From Phoronis australis (lineage: Eukaryota; Animalia; Phoronida), in the NCBI GenBank assembly GCA_002633005.1, contig NMRA01000367.1:212762-276761 (forward strand): a DNA stretch of 64,000 nucleotides, given 5' to 3'. The notes under the pieces are model-generated. The model was not told the DNA's origin, did not search any database, and saw only the letters and a list, made by a program, of their open reading frames with translations. A program made the translations under genes and the position numbers. Shown here in pieces: positions 39,428-52,385 of this stretch; position 1 is the stretch's first letter; each line of letters begins with the position of its first letter.

Positions 39428-42400
39428 TTGGAAATTCACTGTTCTCCATTAGCACTGTTCTTACTTGCATGTGAATGTTGGGAATAGCGCTTTTCTTCTT
39501 TGCGGCAAATTTAGCGGGTGTATTACTGCTAACGACTGTGTTATTTGATACGTTGCGGCAAATGTCAAACAAGCAATTATGCTCACGAAAATACTCATTT
39601 CTGTGGAGTTTGAAAAAAAATGTGTGCTGAATAGTCTACGTACTTCTTGATCTCTTTGTGGAGCGAGTATCAGGTCTCTGAAGGGCTGCGCGGGACCATG
39701 AGGGATAGTGTGATCAATGTCCAATAGGCGAAAAGACTAGAGATAATTTATTTTAGGTTTTCAGTGAACTTTCACATTTTCCCCCAGGAGTGAATCCACG
39801 ACAGGTTTACTGACTGCATTTTTTACGAATTTATTACCAGTTTAACTCAGTTGATGTTGTTCTCCAGAAACACAAGAGCAGTAGTTACCAAAGTCAACGA
39901 CAGGAGTGACCTAGACAAGTTGATTGCATTAATGGGAACTGAACACATGAGAACACATGCATTAACAGAATTAAAAGATGATTTAGATAAACAATTAATA
40001 CTGGGGAAGGGTGATTTCTCTGTTAAGCATGTGAATTGGGCTAAAGTTTGTATATTCCCTATTGTTCTCATTCACCCTGTACTATTGGGTAAAAGTTTGT
40101 ATATTCCCCATTGTTCTCATTCACCCTGTACTATTGGGTTATACTTTGTACATTTCCCAGTGTTCTGGTTCACCCTGTACTCAATGTTTATTCAATCCTA
40201 TCAGACTGCAGCAGGAGTGCAGTCCTGTTTTTACTTGTTTTTAACCTTTAACAACTTTCTATTATCTCACATATTCCACTCTGCATTATCTGATTGATTG
40301 CATTGTTAGAACAAAGGAAATTGTTTCTTTGTTCATAAATGCTGTTTTTTTGTTCATAATGAACACTGGTTTTGTAGTAAGGTGTCATTTTTAAGATGAT
40401 ACAAGTGTATTGGTGTAAATTTCATTGTTAGGTAAATTTCGCAACACAGATGATCTGGTTTGTGTTTTATGAGTGTATTCAAACTGTATGTAACACAGTG
40501 GGCACCTGTCAAAAGTGTTTTGGTACTGAGAGTGGTGAATTATGGGTAAACAAGCCATAAACACCTCAAATGGTCTATACTCTTATTCCCAATGCCGACC
40601 TTCAATAGCAACTCATGCAGGTTTGGTTCATAAAACCTGTTTGCTGAATCACTCAAACCCTTTAACGCAATATTCGCAATATTCGGACAAATGTAATAAA
40701 TGTTTAAGTGATATTGAGCCACCTGTTGGTCCACTTACGAAACACTGCTTTTTGGTTGGGAAAAGTCTACGAAAACATGCACACAGTACTTCATCATATA
40801 CTTCAATATGTACATGATCATTGTTTCTGTGTCCATTTCCAAATTTACACCAACCAATCATATATTGTAACATGTCTTTGTTTTCTTAGATAATAAAATT
40901 ACCAGATATGACAGTAAGTTAATATTTAAATTACAATCTGAGGGAGTGAAGGGGTGTGGGTTGTTGACCAAGGAATAATTACTATGGGCCCAACCAAGGT
41001 ACTATTCATGATTTACTGTTGCAGGGTTAGCTTTTGTAATGAGCTAATGCTGTGTCATTCTTTGTCAAGGACAATAAATACAGGTCATGTGTATACTTTA
41101 AGGAACACCAGAACCCTTAGTGAAATGTGTGGAATAGTTAGTGGAAACATAAAAGCTCACAAAGGGGCGGCACTAGAACCCTTCTGTGTAATGTGTGGAG
41201 TACTTAGTGGAAACATAAGGGCTTAGCAGGGGATGACACCTCTAGTCAATGTTTGGATAATGGTCTGTGTCATCAGAAGATTGAACTGTTTTATAGGGAA
41301 ACAATGCACTACACAACTGTTAAATTAGACCAGCACTGTTTTAAATGATGTTGGTTAAAAATTGTCATTCATTTCTTATCAATCATTATCACCGCGAGAA
41401 TCATCTTTTAATTTTAACAGCTGCGAAGAACACCCGCACGCAATGGTGTTCTATTCAGACCCCTATTCAATACAACTGTTACCGACCTTTTGTTGTTTGT
41501 GCTGAGATCTCGCAGTGACGCAACATGACATGAAAAATCAGCTTCACCTATCATTTGACGGGCCTACATTTGCGTGATTGAACTTGCGTTTTCTTATTTT
41601 AGTAAGGCTTTGCTTGGACTATCTGGTAAGCCTAGTACATCTAAAATAACAAAATTCTGTTGAAATTAGGCTTAGTTTGTGTATTTAGCCAACTACACAA
41701 TTATAGATTTCAACTCAATAGAAAACATGAATAATTGGAGTTTTGACTTTTTACTAAAGTGTTATTAAGTGGGTCAGTTGATCATGTTTTTTTAGTAAAA
41801 TTAGCAAAAAATAAAGGTTCATGCACAGCCCAACAATGGCATCAGTAGCATGATCAAATTTTATGTGATAAAAATTTACTAGTTGAGATATCAAAAACCC
41901 TATTGCAGTTTTCTAAAATATCATTTTACTTTTGTTAAATGCAACTTAAGATTTTTTCATGAAAATTGTAAAATCCAATATCTTAATAGTCCCTCATGAA
42001 AAAGTGGAACATTTAAACAAGAATTTTGGAAAACAGGGCAAAAAGCATTGCATGTGAAATTGTCATTTGAATTTGATCAACAATTTCTGAGTTGTGATGT
42101 TATTAACTTTGCCAAATTTGGATATTTGACTGATTATATTCTTAATTTTTCATATTTAAAAACTCAAAATATTATTTTGTCTCTACTTAAATTCATGCGA
42201 ACTCTGTTCGAATCCTCTAATTCCTTGAAAGAAAACTAATTCTTTTAATTTCTCATGTTTTCTATCGTTGAAAATCAGGGTCTCCTCATTAGTACTGCAA
42301 TAGTCACCTTCGCCGCTGTCTTCACCACCGGTGTCACCACCACCACCACCACCACCACCAGCCCCAGCACCACCTTTAAGCTATATGGACAGTTCTCAGT

Positions 42401-43171
42401 TATTGAACAACACTGCCTAATCCCTCAGACTGATATTGAACATGTGAGCTAAGTCTATCGATTCTCAGCTCTTCACAAGATCTTGAGGGAATAACTAAAT
42501 ATTTATATGCATACTCTGTTTGGAATTTTTGCTATTTAGTGAGATTAAGGTATTGATGCATGGTTAGATGAACAACAGAGCATAGTCTGTTGATCACTGG
42601 CACCTGCAGCAATTCAAAACTGCCAGGCGTAGAGGATACTATTTATGTTCTTCATCTTCAGAAAGCCTAAGTAAGTTTTTTTTGCATTTTTAAAGAATTT
42701 ATTAAAATGTCTTTATTAGATAACTGTTGTGAAATTGATGATGAGACTTATTGTTTTTGTGCCACTGTTAAATTGGAGGATATGTGTTCAGCATGTTTCC
42801 TTGATGTTATAAGTCTCCATCTTTCAGTAAGTCTTATCACCCCTTGTGGTGGTCCATTTAATATGTGGTTAAACCAGATCATTGGTGGGTGGTGGAGGGG
42901 CGTTGTGTTGAGCAGTAAATGTTACAAAAATCCACTAGTGTTTATGTGTTTAACTGAGTTGCCATGTTGGTCTTGATAAGCCAACATGACCGCCAGTGTC
43001 CTGGAGTGTCATCGCCATCAGTTCCCCACTGTCCCATCACTCACTCATTAGTGTAATTGGGAATAATTACCTCGCTACTATTAGGAGTGTCTTGATCAAT
43101 GTCTTGTCATGTCATTCTGGCTCAACATTGGCTTAGAATTTACAGCTTCAAGTTGTGCACAATGCAGAAGT

Positions 43172-44015
43172 GGCATGTGGAGAATTTCTGCTTACACTGG
43201 TGACCCCTCTGATTCCCTAAGCCCCAGACAACTTTTAGGATGCCTATTCAGCACGCCCTTTGTATTGATGTGAATCTGAGCTAATGAGGTGGAAAGGTAA
43301 TTGCTAGCATTACTGTCTCAACAATGATTGTTGTTAGTACCCCCAATTTGGTTTTCTCTGACATTTGCAGAGTTATAGCCTGCAACTCTGGAGAGTAGTT
43401 TTAACTTGGTACATTATAAATACTACAAAATAACTAAAAAGGTTAACTTGTGTTTATCTTCACAAAGGGCCACTTCCCAAGGGAACAATTAGTTTCATAT
43501 TGCTTTTCTTTATTTATTTTTTAATGCTTCTGCCCACTTGTTTTTTTTACCGGGAAAGGGTTGATAACTTTTTATCTAACTTTTGAACTTGAAGTACCAA
43601 AACAGTTGTAGATTTTGATCGCCAGCTCAACTTAATTAGTTAAGTTCAATGTGAGCCCATCCCTAAACTGACCACATTACAGGTACACTGAACATTCCAC
43701 CTGTCATTAAATTTTAATCTTTATTAGAACTCAAATCATAAAATATGTACAAAAGTACAAATATGGCAATGACCAAACTGAAGATTTGGAATCTCTGGAC
43801 AATTTCGGTAGCACTGACTATATAACTATTCTAGCTCTTTGTCAGTAATAAAAATGAAAAGTGGGCACAACAACTGTTTCCTGGTCAAATATCTGGTTAA
43901 ACGAGATAAGAATATTAAAAAATGAATCCATGTGATATTGTTAACTCTGATCAGCGTTTGTATATCCACCGAGTATATCAATACGCGCGGTAGTTTATCT
44001 TCAATCGTACCCAAT
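43172..44015 (+). repeat. Older diverged partial copy of the 44.4-45.5 kb segment
   Basis: Shares catgtggagaa..ctgcttacactgg, cccagacaacttttaggatg and tattgttaactctgatcagcgtttgta, with many substitutions. Confidence 0.75.
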
Positions 44016-45535
44016 GGCTGTAGTTTTTAGATTATTATTTCATCGATTTTTAAAAGCTGACAACCGTACTTGGTTGCTTTTTTCCAGCTGATTACCGCCG
44101 ATTTGTTCGTTTATAACGAAAATTAGTGGTTAATGCATTTTGAAAATTCGTCATTGTGTGCAGTCAGAGATGTTTAATACAGTTTGTGGCCGCACAATTA
44201 CATTTAATTGGGTCTTGCTCGCATCGGGCAATGCCATCATCACAATTGTACCTGATTCTGGCGCCGCGCTCTCTTTGATCCTGGTACAAACCGCTCAGAA
44301 GGACGAGCGGTGAAAATTCCCGCACATCTTTAGAAATGTGTGACTTCCATGTAAGTGTATTATTCACCGTATGGGGCCTTAAGTGTTTGTGTACCCTATA
44401 CAGTATGTATGATGTCTTACCTGGGTACAGTGTACCCTATCATGTGCTCATGTGGAGAAATTCTTGCTTACACTGGATAGGCCCTGGTTCCCTAAGCCCC
44501 TGGTTCCCTAAGCCCCAGACAACTTTTAGGATGGCTATTCAACACCCCCTTCTTATTGATGTAAAATCTTGGCTAATGAAGTGGAAGGTAATAGTTAGCA
44601 CTACTTTCTCAACAATAGTTGTTGTTATTACACCCAAATTGGTTTTCTCTGGCATTTGCACAGAGTTACAGCCTACAATATGAAGAGAAGTTTTAACTTG
44701 GAACATTTTAAATATTACAAAAGACTAAAAGTTGATTTGCGTTGATCTTGACAAAGGACCACTTCGATCCCAACGTTTTAAATATGTTTCATACCTGTTT
44801 TTATTACTTTATTTTTAATACTCCTGCCTACTTGTTTTTTTTTCTTACCAGTTAGGGTTGCTATTTTTATTTTGTTTTTAACGGAATTAAGTATCAAAAC
44901 AACTTAAAAGTCATTTAATTGTGAACCCGTCCCTAACTTTTTCAGATTACAGCTACACCAAAGATGTCACAGCAAACAAAACTACACATCTCATTAGTTC
45001 ATGTTCAATCTTTACGAGAACTCAAATCGTAAAATATATACAAAAGCTCAAATATGGTGACAGCCAAACTGAGGATTTAGAACCTCTGGACGAATTTCGT
45101 TTGCAGTTACTACATAACTAAAATAATTCTAGCTTTTCTTCAGTCATAAAAAAACTAAATCACAGCTCTTACCCACCAACCAACCTCATCTACTGCTTGC
45201 ACTCTCTCATTGACTACACAGATAGCCATCTTAGTTGTCTTAACAGGTCTTTCATTACAACTACAAGCTAACTATCGAAATTGGTGCATTTTTCCGAATA
45301 TCAGTTGTCCGCGTTAGTGTATTACTTGAGTAAAGTAGTGTGGCATGGCCTGGACAATAAGCGCTGTTTTAAAAGTTATTGACATCTAATTTAGTCACTG
45401 TGTGTTGTTTATAGATATTTCAATATAGTTTAGTTGTATATTAAAAGAATAATTCACGTGCTATTGTTAACTCTGATCAGCGTTTGTAAATCCACCAAGT
45501 ATATATCAATACGCACAGTCATTTACCTTCAATTG

Positions 45536-45980
45536 TACCTCTCAGGCTGCTGTGCAGTCATACCTCTCAGGATTCATTGCAGTCATACCTCTTAGGCTGT
45601 AGTGGAGACATACCTATCAGGGTTCAGTGCAGTCATACCTCTCAGGCTGTAGTGGATACATATCTCTCAGGCTGCAGTGCAGTCATACCTCTCAGGCTGC
45701 TGTGCAGTCATACCTCTCAGGGTTCATCGCATCGCAGTCATACCTCTCAGGGTTCAGTGCAGTCATACCTCTCAGGGTTCAGTGCAGTCATACCTCTCAC
45801 GGTTCAGTGCAGTCATACCTCTCCGGCTGTAATGGAGACATACCTCTCAGGCTGCAGTGCAGTCATACCTCTCAGGCTGCTGTGCATTCATACCTCTCAG
45901 GGTTCATTGCAGTCATACCTCTCAGGCTGCAGTGTAGACATACCTCTCAGGGTTCAGTGCAGTCATACCTCTCAGGGTTC
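45536..45980. repeat. 25-bp variant-unit minisatellite (copy A)
   Basis: Core gcagtcatacctctcagg with variable 7-nt tails. Confidence 0.95.
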
Positions 45981-46060
45981 AACTACAACTTGGGTTCTAT
46001 ACCCTTCACATTATTCAAATGACTGATTAACATAAGAGCTACACACAAAAAAGTTATATG

Positions 46061-46113
46061 TGAACCAGAAACACTTGGTCACTAATAGGTCGAGGCCTAG
46101 TGTTTTTGGTTCA
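46061..46113. repeat. Imperfect hairpin (also at ~50950-51001)
   Basis: tgaaccagaaacactt...agtgtttttggttca. Confidence 0.7.
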
Positions 46114-46702
46114 GATTGAACCCAAGATCATGGTTCTGTGATGGTCGTTTGTTAACAGTTTTCGGTCTGCGGAGCTATATTACTGGAGCTGCTAGCCACA
46201 TCAGATCCTCAAACGCTATACAATATAGATATCATCTGTGTTTTTTGTTACAACTCACAGTTCTTGAGTTATTCGAGATGTTTCAATAACTTTTAATTTG
46301 TTCATTTTCTGAAACTTGGTATACAGATAGATCTCATCAAACACAGTCTGTGGCATCCATCAGTTTCTTGCCTTGTCTTAGTGTTGTATATATAATTTAC
46401 CTGCCAGGTAACCTCTTTTAATGCCTATTAAATTTATCGTTTACACTTTTGTTTATGTTATATTGTGGTATTCACTTTAAGTTTGATTGAGATGAAAGTC
46501 ATACACAACATGTATTTTAGAGCTTGAGGTCATTTGTTTTTGGATGAAATTGCATGAAAGATGACACTCAGTGGTCATTTGAAAGATTCTTCTGTAATCT
46601 GTTATGTATATTTATACCACAATATTAGCCTCGAATGGCAGCAACCGTGTAATAACCCATAAAGTTCTAGTATCTCATTAGTGAGTTATCAATTTGGCGG
46701 GA

Positions 46703-46772
46703 AATCGAGGCCGGATTTAAACTCGGGCCTCAAGAGTTTCGAGTTGCTGACTTTACCACTACACCACTCAGC
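46703..46772 (-). other. tRNA-derived A/B-box cassette (second copy ~51588-51657)
   Basis: Reverse complement gctgagtggtgtagtggtaaag...gagtttaaatccggcctc; copy B has gtttgaatcc. Confidence 0.5.
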
Positions 46773-47089
46773 GGCTGACGTCATCGAACGTGAAAATAGA
46801 ATACTTAAATGAGCACGCGCAACAATCGCATGTTCAGCAAAGGGCATTGCACCGATATTTATACGCTATGAAAAATAAGACGCATAATTTCCATTAAAAC
46901 GATATTTTAATTCAGTGAACATTTTCTATCGTGTTCCCTCACTTGTAAATCACCGATCTCCAATTTGAATGTGGGTATCGTGTCGTCGGGATCCTTTGAC
47001 TTGAGCACTATAGTCAGTTACTAGTTGTAACCTACTTTAGCAGACGATATTTTCCCGGTCGAAGCTTAGCATGATAAAATGTGTAGTAA

Positions 47090-47884
47090 CCCATACGAAA
47101 AACAGAGTGAGAATCTCACTGGATTCCAGTTAGATTCCAGTTAGATTCTCACTAAATCACCAATTATAGTTAGAAATGCCAGTGAGAACCCAGTGGGAAT
47201 TGAACAACAGGGGCAGTCAGTGAGAATGAGTGAGAAAATGTTATGTAACAGTGAGAATCCAGTGAGAATTTTGGTCTTAGAAAAATTCTGAGTGAGAATC
47301 AGTGAGAATTTCAGACTTAGGAAAAATCTGAGTGAGAATTGAGTGAGAATTTGGACTTGCCAAAATTGGAGTGAGAATTCAGTGAGAATCTAAGATAAAC
47401 AAACACCCTGATTGGCTGTAACTGTAGAAATTTCAGTTGAACCAGATTTCTGAATTCAAACTAAAATGGCGTCAGGAATGAGCAGTTGGAGAAATAGCTT
47501 GAAGATTGTTGATGTTTTTCTCACAAATATTCTGAAATTACTGAACAGTTTGTCTGCAAGTCAACCACAGGTGATCCTGGACTGATTTTGCGTGTTAATA
47601 AGCTTAAGGTTAGTACATTTCATACATGTAGTAGAGTGCATGAAGCACCAGTATTAGGCTGATGTCTTCATTCTGTGCATGTTGACAGCTGAGTTTTCAG
47701 TATTTTGCTGATTCACCAAAGGCATTATAGTTATTATTTTATGTCTGCTATATTTCACAATTAGCAATTATTAAATTGTATCCTTAGTCAAAGTTCAAGA
47801 TAAACTCACAAAAATAAGCAGTGTTTTGGTTACCAAAAAGGTTTGATCTCGATTCTATTCAGTCAGTGGCTGAAAAGGCACACA
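47090..47884 (+). mobile_element. CACTA/EnSpm-like element end, absent from copy B, running into a gap
   Basis: Begins CCCATACGAAAAA exactly where copies A and B diverge. Dense direct and inverted subterminal agtgagaat repeats follow. Confidence 0.6.
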
Positions 47885-48232
47885 NNNNNNNNNNNNNNNN
47901 NNNNNNNNNNNNNNNNNNNNNNNNNNNNNNNNNNNTCGTCATTGTGTACAGTCAGAGATGTTTAATACAGTTTATGGCCGCACAATTACATTTAATTGGG
48001 TCTTGCTCGCATCGGGCAATGCGGTCATCACAACTGTACCTGATTCCGGCGCCACGCTCTCTTTGATCCTGGTACAAACCGCTCAGAAGGACGAGCGGTG
48101 AAAATTCCCGCATATCTTTAGAAATGCGTGACTTCCATGTAAGCGTATTATTCACGGTATGGGGCCTTAAGTGTTTGTGTACCCTATCACGTGCTGGCAC
48201 GAGGCGTGTTCAACAGTATGTATGATGTCTTA

Positions 48233-48923
48233 CTGGGTACAGTGTACCCTATCAATGTGCAGGTACTAGACATGTTGAACGGTATGTATGGTGTCTTAGC
48301 TGGGTACAGTGTACCCTATCAATGTGCAGGTACTAGACATGTTGAACGGTATGTATGGTGTCTTAGCTGGGTACAGTGTACCCTATCAATGTGCAGGTAC
48401 TAGACATGTTGAACGGTATGTATGGTGTCTTAGCTGGGTACAGTGTACCCTATCAATGTGCAGGTACTAGACATGTTGAACGGTATGTATGGTGTCTTAG
48501 CTGGGTACAGTGTACCCTATCAATGTGCAGGTACTAGACATGTTGAACGGTATGTATGGTGTCTTAGCTGGGTACAGTGTACCCTATCAATGTGCAGGTA
48601 CTAGACATGTTGAACGGTATGTATGGTGTCTTAGCTGGGTACAGTGTACCCTATCAATGTGCAGGTACTAGACATGTTGAACGGTATGTATGGTGTCTTA
48701 ACTGGGTACAGTGTACCCTATCAATGTGCAGGTACTAGACATGTTGAACGGTATGTATGGTGTCTTAGCTGGGTACAGTGTACCCTATCAATGTGCAGGT
48801 ACTAGACATGTTGAACGGTATGTATGGTGTCTTAGCTGGGTACAGTGTACCCTATCAATGTGCAGGTACTAGACATGTTGAACGGTATGTATGATGTCTT
48901 AACTGGGTACAGTGTACCCTATC
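48233..48923. repeat. 67-bp minisatellite, ~10 copies
   Basis: Near-identical units containing the palindrome gggtaca-g-tgtaccc. Confidence 0.95.
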
Positions 48924-49994
48924 ATGTGCTCATGTGGATAATTTCTTGCTTACACTAGATAGGCTCTGGTTCCCTCAGCCCCAGACAACTTTTAGGATGG
49001 CTATTCAACACCCCCTTTTTTTTTTAAATCTGGGCTAATGAAGTGGAAGGTAATAGTTAGCACTACTTTCTCAACAATAGTTGTTATTACACCCAAATTG
49101 GTTTTCTCTGGCATTTGCACAGAGTTACAGCCTGCAATATGAAGAGTAGTTTTAACTTGGTACATTTTAAATATTACAAAAGACTAAAAGTTGATTTGCG
49201 TTGATCTTGACAAAGGACCACTTCGATCCCAACGTTTTAAATATGTTTCATACCTGCTTTTATTACTTTATTTTTAATACTCCTGCCTACTTGTTTTTTT
49301 CTTACCAGTTAGGGTTGCTATTTTTATTTTGTTTTTAAAGGAATTAAGTATCAAAACAACTTAAAAGTCATTTAATTGTGAACCCGTCCCTAACTTTTTC
49401 AGATTACAGCTACACCAAAGATGTCACAGCAAACAAAACTACACATCTCATTAGTTCATGTTCAATCTTTACGAGAACTCAATTCGTAAAATATATACAA
49501 AAGCTCAAATATGGTGACAGGCAAACTGAGGATTTAGAACCTCTGGACGAATTTCGTTTGCAGTTACTACATAACTAAAATAGTTCTAGCTTTTCTTCAG
49601 TTATAAAAAACTAAATCACAGCTCTTACCCACCGACCAACCTCATCTACTGTTTGCACTCTCTCGTTGACTACGCAGCTAGTCATCTTAGTTGTCTTAAC
49701 AGGTGTTTCATTACAACTACAAGCTAACTATCGAAATTGGTGCACTTTTCCGAATATCAGATGTCCGCGTTAGTGTAATACTTCTTGAGTAAAGTTGTTT
49801 GGCATGGCCTGGACAATAAGCGCTATTTTTAAAGTTATTGACATCTAATTTAGTCACTGTGTGTTGTTTATAGATATTTCAATATAGTTTAGTTGTATAT
49901 TAAAAGAATAATTCACGTGCTATTGTTAACTCTGATCAGCGTTTGTAAATCCACCAAGTATATATCAATACGCACAGTCGTTTACCTTCAATTG

Positions 49995-50870
49995 TACCTC
50001 TCAGGCTGCTGTGCAGTCATACCTCTCAGGGTCATTACAGTCATACCTCACAGGCTGTAGTGGAGACATACCTCTCAGGGTTCACTGCAGTCATACCTCT
50101 CAGGATGTAGTGGAGACATACCTCTCAGGCTACAGTGCAGTCATACCTCTCAGGCTGCTGTGCAGTCATACCTCTCAGGGTTCATTGCAGTCATACCTCT
50201 CAGGCTGCAGTGCAGTCATACCTCTCAGGGTTCAGTGCAGNNNNNNNNNNNNNNNNNNNNNNNNNNNNNNNNNNNNNNNNNNNNNNNNNNNNNNNNNNNN
50301 NNNNNNNNNNNNNNNNNNNNNNNNNNNNNNNNNNNNNNNNNNNNNNNNNNNNNNNNNNNNNNNNNNNNNNNNNNNNNNNNNNNNNNNNNCAGGCTGCAGT
50401 GCAGTCATATCTCTCAGGCTGCAGTGCAGTCATACCTCTCAGGGTTCAGTGAGCCATACATCTGAGGCTGGAGTGCAGTCATACCTCTCAGGCTGCTGTG
50501 CAGTCATACCTCTCAGGATTCATTGGAGTCATACCTCTCAGGCTGTAGTGGAGACATACCTCTCAGGGTCCAGTGCAGTCATACCTCTCAGGCTGTAATG
50601 GAGACATGTCTCTCAGGCTGCAGTGCAGTCATACCTCTCAGGCTGCTGTGCAGTCATACCTCTCAGTGTTCATCGCAGTCATACCTCTCAGGGTTCAGTA
50701 CAGTCATACCTCTCAGGGTTCAGTGCAGTCATACCTCTCCGGCTGTAATGGAGACATACCTCTCGGGCTGCTGTGCAGTCGTACCTCTCAGGGTTCATTG
50801 CAGTCATACCTCTCAGGCAGCAGTGCAGATATACCTCTCAGGGTTCAGTGCAGTCATACCTCTCAGGGTT
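49995..50870. repeat. 25-bp variant-unit minisatellite (copy B, with gap)
   Basis: Same core as 45536-45980, longer array. Confidence 0.95.
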
Positions 50871-52193
50871 CAACTACAACTTGGGTTTTATACCCTTCCT
50901 ATTATTCGAATGACTGATTAACATAAGAGCTACACAAAAAAGTTATATGTGAACCAGAAACACTTGGTCACTAATAGGTCGAGCCTAGTATTTTTGGTTC
51001 AAATTGAACCCAAGATCATGGTTCTGTGATGGTCGTTTGTTAACAGTTTTCGGTCTGCGGAGCTATATTACTGGAGCTGCTAGCCACATCAGATCCTCAA
51101 ACGCTAAACAATATAGATCTCATCTGTGTTTTTTGTTACAACTCACAGTTCTTGAGTTATTCGAGATGTTTCAATAACATTTTTAATTTGTTCATTTTCT
51201 GAAACTTGGTATACAGATAGATCTCATCAAACACAGTCTGTGGCATCCATCAGTTTCTTGCCTTGTTGTATATATAATTTACCTGCCAGGTAACCTCTTT
51301 TATTGCCTATTAGATTTAGTGTTTACACTTTTGTTTATGTTATATTGTGGTATTCACTTTAGGTTTGATTGAGATGAAAGTCATACACAACATGTATTTT
51401 AGAGCCTGAGGTCATTTGTTTTTGGATGAAATTGCATGAAAGATGACACTCAGTGGTCATTTGAGGGATTCTTCTGTAATCTGTTATGTATATTTATACC
51501 ACAATATTAGCCTCGAATGGCAGATACAACCGTGTAATAACCCATAAAGTTCTAGTATCTCACTAGTGAGTTATCAATTTGGCGGGAAACCGAGGCCGGA
51601 TTCAAACTCGGGCCTCAAGAGTTTCGAGTTGCTGACTTACCACTACACCACTCAGCGGCTAACGTCATCGAACGTGAAAATAGAATACTTAAATGAGCAT
51701 GCGCAACAATCGCATGTTCAGCAAAGGGCATTGCACCGACATTTAAACGCTATGAAAAATAAGACGCATAATTTCCATTAAAACGATATTTAAATTCAGT
51801 GAAAATTTTCTATCGTGTTCCCTCACTTGTAAATCACTGATCTCCAATTTGAATGCGGGTATCGTGAGATCCTGTGACTTGAGCACTATAGTCAGTTACT
51901 AGTGGTAACCTACTTTAGCAGATGATATTTTCCCGGTCGAAGCTTAGCATGATAAAATGTGTAGTAAGCTATAATTGTTGCTAAACCTTAATTTGTAGAT
52001 TCATTTTATTTCTATTTTGTTTAAATTTTCAATTGGTTTTGTGTATAAACATTATTTGACAAAAATAGCTCGGCTTTTCTTAAAAGGTCACGACCTCCGA
52101 CCCCGGGCCTCTGACATAGAAAGTAGTTACAAAGCTGAGGGGAGTCGAGAAAGGTAGATCCATTCATTGCAATGTTTCTTGTTCAGTATGTGG

Positions 52194-52368
52194 TATAAAT
52201 AGATTATTACATGTTCTCAGTCGTTATCCCCCGTTATCTAGAGCCCTCGTGGATTTTGGAGAATTATCACACTCCGGGCCAACGCCCCTCGAGCGATAAT
52301 TCTCCAAAATCCACGCTGGCTCTAGATATCGGGGGACTACGACTTCGCCATGTAATAATTTATATATA
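52194..52368. mobile_element. Fold-back palindromic non-autonomous element
   Basis: ~75-bp imperfect arms (attattacatg...tctagagcc..cgtggattttggagaattatc and its inverse) around a short GC loop, with AT-rich ends. Confidence 0.75.
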
Positions 52369-52385
52369 TATGGGCAATAGGTATC

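Larger units (their letters stand above)
44148..47089 (+). repeat. Segmental duplication copy A (~2.9 kb)
   Basis: Collinear and highly similar to 47936-51967. Confidence 0.9.
47936..51967 (+). repeat. Segmental duplication copy B
   Basis: Begins right after the N-gap; collinear with 44148-47089 but with expanded VNTRs. Confidence 0.9.

Noticed and set aside
39023-39572. Long repetitive ORFs
   Set aside because: Artefacts of the 24-bp minisatellite.
39868-40010. Protein-like segment NTRAVVTKVNDRSDLDKLIALMG...
   Set aside because: No recognisable domain and a weak donor; insufficient support.
44164-44367. Cys-containing minus-strand ORF open in both duplication copies (faint Sushi-like RIRYNCDDG)
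   Set aside because: Conservation is explained by recent duplication or allelism, and no proper domain pattern is present.
45536-50870. CRISPR-like look of a constant core with variable segments
   Set aside because: The variable parts are only ~7 nt and recur, there are no unique spacers or cas genes, and the context is eukaryotic.
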